From IMG/VR virus record IMGVR_UViG_3300028595_000010: DNA of 64,000 nt; one strand, 5' to 3'. Shown here in pieces: positions 58,349 to 64,000 of this stretch (its first letter is position 1; the number at the start of each line of letters is the position of its first letter). The notes under the pieces were generated by a model. That model saw nothing but the letters and a program-made list of their open reading frames with translations, made no database searches and had not been told where the DNA came from. The stretch is from an uncultured virus (IMG/VR IMGVR_UViG_3300028595_000010) (lineage: Duplodnaviria; Heunggongvirae; Uroviricota; Caudoviricetes). A program made the translations under genes and the position numbers.

Positions 58349-59059
58349 ATGATTTCATGGGATTTCGTTCTTCAAAGAATCAAGGAAGAAATCGCATGGC
58401 CGTTCCAAGTAATCGAACGTTCGGATGAGGAATGGACAGATTACCTCAAACGGAACGCCTTAAAGAAGTTTTCTAGATTCTTCCCAAGTAAAGAAAGGAT
58501 CACTCTAGATTCTGCAAATCCCGACACAAAAGTGCCAAATAGAGTTGGAGAATATTTTTTAGTTGATCCTGAAAATAGAGAAATATTGAATATCATTCAG
58601 TATTATCCATCTATGGGTCATTTATTGATTCTTGGTCATCCTTATATTGGAGTATTCCAAAACGAATCCATTCCAGACTATCAATTAGCTTCAAACAAAG
58701 CAAATGATTTGGAAAAATGGTCTCCTTATAATTACACTTATGAATTTCTTCCGCCTAATATTTTCAGAATTACTCCTGACTTTCAAGGTCGTTGGGTTGT
58801 TGAGTATGAAAGAATGATTAGTGATGAATTAGAAGATATTCGACCTGAACTAGAAGATGATTTCATTGAGTTATGTTTGGGAATGGTTATGATGAATATT
58901 GGACGAATTCGAAAACGTTATAGTCAGATTGCTACACCATTTGGCGAAATTCAACTCAATGCTGAAGACTTCTATTCCGAAGGAAAAGAGATGGTCGATA
59001 AGTTATATGAGAAATTTGATAGAATGTGCCTGACCACGGTAATATTCGATAGAGGCTAA
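58349..59059 (+). CDS. neck/head-completion protein (T4 gp13-like)
   Basis: C-terminal GRIRKRYSQIATPFGEIQLNAEDFYSEG resembles the gp13 motif. Confidence 0.55.
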   Translation: MISWDFVLQRIKEEIAWPFQVIERSDEEWTDYLKRNALKKFSRFFPSKERITLDSANPDTKVPNRVGEYFLVDPENREILNIIQYYPSMGHLLILGHPYIGVFQNESIPDYQLASNKANDLEKWSPYNYTYEFLPPNIFRITPDFQGRWVVEYERMISDELEDIRPELEDDFIELCLGMVMMNIGRIRKRYSQIATPFGEIQLNAEDFYSEGKEMVDKLYEKFDRMCLTTVIFDRG

Positions 59060-59065
59060 CTGGTA

Positions 59066-59257
59066 ATGAAGTGTAAAGTATGTGATACCGATGGACTTAT
59101 TGGATATCAGATGCTGTGCAGGCATCTTCTTGAAGCACACAATCTTACTTTTGAACAATATCACTATGCCTATATAGAAAAAGGCGAAACTAAAAAATGT
59201 AGTGGTTGTAAGCATGGATATAAGATACGAAACTTTAGCGCGCGAGATGGAAGATAA
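59066..59257 (+). CDS. small C2H2 zinc-finger protein
   Basis: CKVC...HLLEAH plus C..C. Confidence 0.5.
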   Translation: MKCKVCDTDGLIGYQMLCRHLLEAHNLTFEQYHYAYIEKGETKKCSGCKHGYKIRNFSARDGR

Positions 59258-59825
59258 CAATCCAGATCATTTAAGAAGTGATTCGGATCAGAATGTCGAC
59301 CAACTTATCGTAAAACCAAATCTGTTGGCATATATTGACAGAAACACTGCAAATATTGTCGATAAGCAGGGATTGATGTCTCCTGAATATATGTTGGCCA
59401 AGTATCCCGATCATGCTGATAAGATTAAGGAATTTTACAGTGAGCAATTGGGAGATCCTATCCTAAAAAGATCAATTGCAGCATTCTTCTGTAGAGTTCC
59501 AAGTATGTCTCCAACATGTCAACCGTTCTTACAAAAAAATGCTCCTGTAAAGATTGTGATTGATAAGCTAATCAAATCCGATGGAAAGTTTAAGATCTAC
59601 ATGATCAAACATCCACACAGAATCAATGAAGTTATTCCTATTAACAAAGATAGACTTATCAAGATGACACAACGAGAGAAAGATTGGTATCCACATTTTG
59701 ATAATAGTCAAGATCCTCATTTGAGAGATGTTCCAAGAATAGCTATTTGGTCAAAAGATGGAGTAATTCCTGCTTTTGCATGTAAGGTACTAAGAGATTC
59801 ACAGAAAAACGTAGTGAGAGATTAA
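59247..59825 (+). CDS. hypothetical protein
   Basis: ORF; start placed at ATG 59247. Confidence 0.6.
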   Translation: MEDNNPDHLRSDSDQNVDQLIVKPNLLAYIDRNTANIVDKQGLMSPEYMLAKYPDHADKIKEFYSEQLGDPILKRSIAAFFCRVPSMSPTCQPFLQKNAPVKIVIDKLIKSDGKFKIYMIKHPHRINEVIPINKDRLIKMTQREKDWYPHFDNSQDPHLRDVPRIAIWSKDGVIPAFACKVLRDSQKNVVRD

Positions 59826-59826
59826 A

Positions 59827-60024
59827 ATGGCAAATAAGAGAGTTATTGTAGTAGGACAAGGAAATATATCATTTTCTGAACTTAAAGATGAAGCTGATGT
59901 TGCAACATTTGTAACAGATGCACAAACTCTTGGTTATTTTGTAAGTACTGATTCTACTGCATATATACCATGGGAAATAGCATCTGTAAAGGTTCAAGAT
60001 CCGGACGATCCATATACGCCGTGA
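59827..60024 (+). CDS. hypothetical protein
   Basis: 65 aa ORF in operon. Confidence 0.55.
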   Translation: MANKRVIVVGQGNISFSELKDEADVATFVTDAQTLGYFVSTDSTAYIPWEIASVKVQDPDDPYTP

Positions 60025-60035
60025 GGATAATAGTT

Positions 60036-61307
60036 ATGTCATTATACAATATTCCTATAACTGCTTTATTTGAGTCTTCCTCATTATCAGAGGCCAACAT
60101 TACGAAACGAATGGTTCAAAGAGGTCAATTATCTAACACTAGTATGAATAGACTTAAATCGGCAGGAATGATAAAGCCAAAATCTCAATATATGGCGGGA
60201 TTCGATAAAGGGACTGAAAATATCTTGAAACGACAGGGAGCTTCTCATCATACATCTAAGATAGCAAAATTGGGAGGCGGCGGAATAGCTTTTAATCCGA
60301 ACCAAACAAAAAGTATAAATTCTATTAAATCACAATCTGGTATTAAAGGATCACTTGCTAGAGGTGCAGCTAATGTTGCAAAGAAAGTAGGATATGGATT
60401 GCCAGAAAATCCAGGAAAGCAAGCAATAGTTACTCACGGCCCAACGTTGCAAAAAGCCTTTAAAGCGGGCGACACAGATACTACCCATTCAATTGTTAAA
60501 AGACATGAAGCAGATGAATTAAGAGCTGGTCAAAGAAAAGCAAATATTCTTAGACGTAAAGATATAAACTATCTTAATCGGAAAGCTGCAGCAGATGAAA
60601 AAGATGGAGGAGAACCATCATTCTATAGAGATATAGCTAAAGATCTGGAAGCAAAACCTGCCGAAAATGCACCAGCGATGGCTTTTGTAAATAAAGCAAG
60701 AGGAAGAAAAGCTGAAATTCCAAAAGTAGTGCAAAAAATGAAAAAAATTCCCGGATTAAAAACAATTGGATCCAGAGCAGAAGATGTAATAAGAACTCAA
60801 AAACAAGTAGTTGGTCAGCACGAATCTCCTAGAGTTTTAAAGAAAGAAAAGGAAGAGACTGATTATATAAATAGGGCATATGGAGGAGCAGAAGGAATTG
60901 CTTCACATCGGAGAGATACTGGAGAGGCGGCTGCCGCAACACGATCTGTCTCATCTATGAGAAGAGATGAAAAACGTGGTATAAAATTTATAGGAAAAGA
61001 CGAGTTCAAGAAAGGTCAAGGTGTAACACAAAAACAGAAGGCTGCTGCAGATTCTCATATTGAAGGACTAATCAATAAATGGAAATCTCAAGGACTTTCA
61101 TCCAGTCAAATAAAAGATAAATTAAGATCATCCGGAAGTGGAAGACAAGCTTTATTAGTTAGAGCAAAAGCTAAAAGGTACGGCATAAGAGAACCTAAAA
61201 GAGCATCACAATTTACACCAGAGATAAGACAAGCTAGAATAGATGCCAAAAAAGGAAAACAGAGACTTTCTTCAATGTCTCCTGAAGAAATCAGGGATGA
61301 AAAATAA
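60036..61307 (+). CDS. highly basic hypothetical protein, possibly an internal virion protein
   Basis: Start placed at ATG 60036 after GAGGA; LFE/LSE near the N-terminus; K/R-rich. Confidence 0.6.
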   Translation: MSLYNIPITALFESSSLSEANITKRMVQRGQLSNTSMNRLKSAGMIKPKSQYMAGFDKGTENILKRQGASHHTSKIAKLGGGGIAFNPNQTKSINSIKSQSGIKGSLARGAANVAKKVGYGLPENPGKQAIVTHGPTLQKAFKAGDTDTTHSIVKRHEADELRAGQRKANILRRKDINYLNRKAAADEKDGGEPSFYRDIAKDLEAKPAENAPAMAFVNKARGRKAEIPKVVQKMKKIPGLKTIGSRAEDVIRTQKQVVGQHESPRVLKKEKEETDYINRAYGGAEGIASHRRDTGEAAAATRSVSSMRRDEKRGIKFIGKDEFKKGQGVTQKQKAAADSHIEGLINKWKSQGLSSSQIKDKLRSSGSGRQALLVRAKAKRYGIREPKRASQFTPEIRQARIDAKKGKQRLSSMSPEEIRDEK

Positions 61308-61598
61308 CTAGAGCAAAAGCTGATCCAAACTTTGCAGAAAATCAAAAAATGAGAATTCAAGGAAACTTGAAGACTGCAAACAGAAGAGCAGAAAATGGAA
61401 GAACAAAGCAGCAGAATATCAACGAATGCTTGATTCTGTGGAAACACTAGTATGAGTGCTCACCAAAACTCTGGAACCACTAACCAGAACAAATATTTGA
61501 TAAAACCGATTATAAGAATCGTATTGAGCAACGAATGCTTATTCCTAGAGAGCAAATGAAATTGAAAAAATAATCTGAATCTTAAGGAGTTTCTTTTT

Positions 61599-62321
61599 AT
61601 GATTGTCAGTGAACTATTCTATACTCTGCAAGGAGAAGGTACTTTCATTGGAAGACCTAGTGTGTTTATCCGAACTTCAACTTGCAATTTAAGGTGTCAT
61701 TTTTGTGATACTCCATACACATCATGGTGGAATGAAGGAAAGAAAAGATCAGTCGAAAAGATTGTAAACAAGGTCATGGATTCTTGGCCTAATTGTCAAC
61801 ATATCGTTATTAGTGGTGGAGAACCTATGCTTCAAAAAGATCTTCCTGATCTGGTTGATCATTTGAGGGCATTAGGTAGAATAATCACTATTGAAACAAA
61901 TGGGACAATCTTTAGAGATGATGTAATTCCCCATTTGTTCAGCGTATCTCCAAAAACTACAAACAGTTTGCCAAATGGAGATGAAATTCCTCACGGATCA
62001 CCAGAAGGAACAGATCCAGTAGAGGCAAGAAAGATTCATCTTGAAAATAATACATATGATCAGATTCCAAACTTCATTAAATGTGGAATCGATTATCAAA
62101 TCAAAATGGTAATTAAAGGAAGAGAAGATCTTTCTGAGATTAAGAAGTTTGTTGAGTTATATGGAGTTCCAAGTGAACGAGTATTTCTCATGCCTGAAGG
62201 AGTTACAAGAGAAGTCCAAAGAACTAGATCTATTGAAGTGGCAGAGATTTGTAAAGAAGAAGGTTATACTCTCTGCCCAAGATTACAAATTGAACTTTGG
62301 GGAACAATGAGAGGTGTATGA
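61599..62321 (+). CDS. queE: 7-carboxy-7-deazaguanine synthase (radical SAM)
   Basis: ELFYTLQGEG, CNLRCHFCDT, SGGEP, IETNG, SVSPK. Confidence 0.92.
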   Translation: MIVSELFYTLQGEGTFIGRPSVFIRTSTCNLRCHFCDTPYTSWWNEGKKRSVEKIVNKVMDSWPNCQHIVISGGEPMLQKDLPDLVDHLRALGRIITIETNGTIFRDDVIPHLFSVSPKTTNSLPNGDEIPHGSPEGTDPVEARKIHLENNTYDQIPNFIKCGIDYQIKMVIKGREDLSEIKKFVELYGVPSERVFLMPEGVTREVQRTRSIEVAEICKEEGYTLCPRLQIELWGTMRGV

Positions 62322-62779
62322 TGAAAACCATCTATCTAGCTGGAGCAGGATGGGAGTTTGATTATCGAAAAGATGCCATATCAAAATATGGAGAGGAATT
62401 CGAACTAATTGATCCTATTGGACACAGCAATGAGCTGTTTAAGAGTATAGGATTCAATATGACAGTTGAAGAGATATTCAGTAAACAAAATAAGACAAAA
62501 AAGAATTGTCTTCCTGCTCATATTAGAAGTGTGATAGTTCGAAATGATAAGAAACACATTTACAGATCCGATTATCTCATTGCATATGTTGAGAAAGCGA
62601 CATTTGGAACTGTAATGGAAATTCATTTTGCATATGAGAACAGAATTCCTGTGTTTGTAGTCAATCCTAATATGGATCTAACTAAGGATGTTTGGCTGTC
62701 AGTTCATACTACCGAATTCTTTAATACTGTTGATGATTGTATCGAATTCATCAGACGCTTGGAGTTGAAAAATGTCTAA
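62318..62779 (+). CDS. nucleoside 2-deoxyribosyltransferase-like protein
   Basis: IYLAG, DK..I..SD, GTVMEI.FAY. Confidence 0.7.
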   Translation: MMKTIYLAGAGWEFDYRKDAISKYGEEFELIDPIGHSNELFKSIGFNMTVEEIFSKQNKTKKNCLPAHIRSVIVRNDKKHIYRSDYLIAYVEKATFGTVMEIHFAYENRIPVFVVNPNMDLTKDVWLSVHTTEFFNTVDDCIEFIRRLELKNV

Positions 62780-63374
62780 AAAGATTGATCTTCTATTCAT
62801 GATGGGCCCAACTAACGTGGGTAAGAGTTACACAATCAATTATGCAGTTGAAAAATATGACGGATATAAAATATCTGTAGGTCAACTACTTAGAGACAAA
62901 TATGGCCCTGATTTCTTTAAGGGACAACAGGCACCAGAACACACTAGAGCAGAAGCTCTAAAGATGATGATTGAAGGCATTCAAGCAGGAATCGATGAAG
63001 GAAGATCATTGATCCTTATTGATGGTCAGCCTAGAGAACCAGGCCAAATAGATGCTATTTTCGAAAATTACATCGAAGGCCCAATGAAAGTTTTAGTTGA
63101 TGTTCATTTCTGTCTTCTTCATTGTGATGATGACTTAAGAATGGATCGTCTTAAGAAAAGAGATAAAGATCCTGCGGCTTTAGAACTATCAACAAAGCGA
63201 TTTAATAGAGACCTTGCAGAATTGCAAAAAATCTTCTATATGATTCTTGTAAGAGGGGCGGGAAATAAAGTAGTTCCTATGGATATGTTAAACTCTGAAG
63301 AATCGTTTGATGACTTTTACCGCATGTTGACCTATGACCATTATAAGCACAATACAGAGGACTTTAATGACTAG
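62772..63374 (+). CDS. nucleoside monophosphate kinase (adenylate kinase-like)
   Basis: GPTNVGKS, ISVGQLLR, LIDGQPR. Confidence 0.8.
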   Translation: MSKKIDLLFMMGPTNVGKSYTINYAVEKYDGYKISVGQLLRDKYGPDFFKGQQAPEHTRAEALKMMIEGIQAGIDEGRSLILIDGQPREPGQIDAIFENYIEGPMKVLVDVHFCLLHCDDDLRMDRLKKRDKDPAALELSTKRFNRDLAELQKIFYMILVRGAGNKVVPMDMLNSEESFDDFYRMLTYDHYKHNTEDFND

Positions 63375-64000
63375 TGTACTTCTATTCAGCCCAGGTATCG
63401 ATAGCCTTCTAGCTGTCCATTCTTTGGAAAAACAAGGTAAACCTCCAACAGTCTTGGTGTATTATGCATTAGGGACTAGGTGTACTAAAGCTGAGGTAGA
63501 TTACCTCAGGCAATTGATGCTTCCAATTCGTATTGAAACTTGCCTAAATCTTCAGGATATTGAAGACGATCATGCGTATGTGCCAAATAGAAATCTTTTG
63601 ATGGCGATGCACGCAGCCGGTAAATACAATGCGGATACCGTATATATTGGAGGAACCAAATCTGATAGAGTATCGGATAACAATATAGAGGTTATGAAAC
63701 ACCTATCCGACACTATAAGCCTATCCATGCAAAAACCTGTGCAGGTGACTTCACCTTTTTGGAATAAATATAAAATAGAGATCGCTAAGGAGTTTGTGAA
63801 GGATAAAGAGTTCGGCGGCAAATTGCTACAAGGAACATTTTCATGCTATTCGCCGTATAAAAGACCAGACGATGAAGTGTTAGTTGAATGCCAGCGATGT
63901 AATGCTTGTTTTAGAAAGAGTGTTATTTTACACGGATCAGCAGATATTAACAGAGTATTCAAGACTCCACATATCATCGACAAATACAAGAAAGAATTTG
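63367..64000 (+). CDS. queC: 7-cyano-7-deazaguanine synthase-like protein, truncated by window edge
   Basis: Not in ORF track. MTSVLLFSPGIDS, YVPNRN, SPF, TFSCY, CQRCNACFRK. Confidence 0.85.
   Translation, partial: MTSVLLFSPGIDSLLAVHSLEKQGKPPTVLVYYALGTRCTKAEVDYLRQLMLPIRIETCLNLQDIEDDHAYVPNRNLLMAMHAAGKYNADTVYIGGTKSDRVSDNNIEVMKHLSDTISLSMQKPVQVTSPFWNKYKIEIAKEFVKDKEFGGKLLQGTFSCYSPYKRPDDEVLVECQRCNACFRKSVILHGSADINRVFKTPHIIDKYKKEF

Noticed and set aside
63570..63821. Minus-strand 83 aa ORF
   Set aside because: Antisense to the queC-like gene.
1..64000. Stop-codon reassignment (alternative genetic code)
   Set aside because: Long genes are intact under the standard code and TAA, TAG and TGA all end genes; no suppressor tRNA was seen.
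1..64000. Cellular chromosome origin of the window
   Set aside because: Baseplate and neck genes, PolB, clamp loader, UvsX and divergent RNAP genes without ribosomal-protein neighbours indicate a phage.

Overview
AT-rich, densely coded segment of a jumbo (myovirus-like) bacteriophage genome. Genes run almost entirely on the minus strand up to ~46.9 kb and on the plus strand after ~47.2 kb. It encodes a phage multisubunit RNA polymerase. The beta gene is fractured by a naturally split intein, with a free-standing endonuclease gene between the halves; beta' carries a cis intein in the trigger loop. Other genes include baseplate, neck and head proteins, RecA/UvsX, an actin-fold ATPase, class II RNR, RuvC, NADAR, a UDG4-PolB fusion, clamp loader, primase, 5'-3' exonuclease, gmd/fcl, a GT9-like glycosyltransferase and QueE/QueC. 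The most striking feature is a ~4.5 kb RNA island (42.2-46.9 kb, minus strand) that the ORF track misses. It holds a Ro60/TROVE gene preceded by a tmRNA and five covarying copies of a Y-RNA-like stem (GAAUGCC-N9/10-UACAUG ... CUGUC); two copies carry circularly permuted tRNA domains and three are minimal. The island also has a third, larger permuted tRNA-like RNA, three aberrant CCA-ending tRNA mimics, tRNA-fMet, and tRNA-Arg(UCU) split by a 187-nt group I intron next to an HNH gene. All calls come from reading motifs by eye; no database searches were run.
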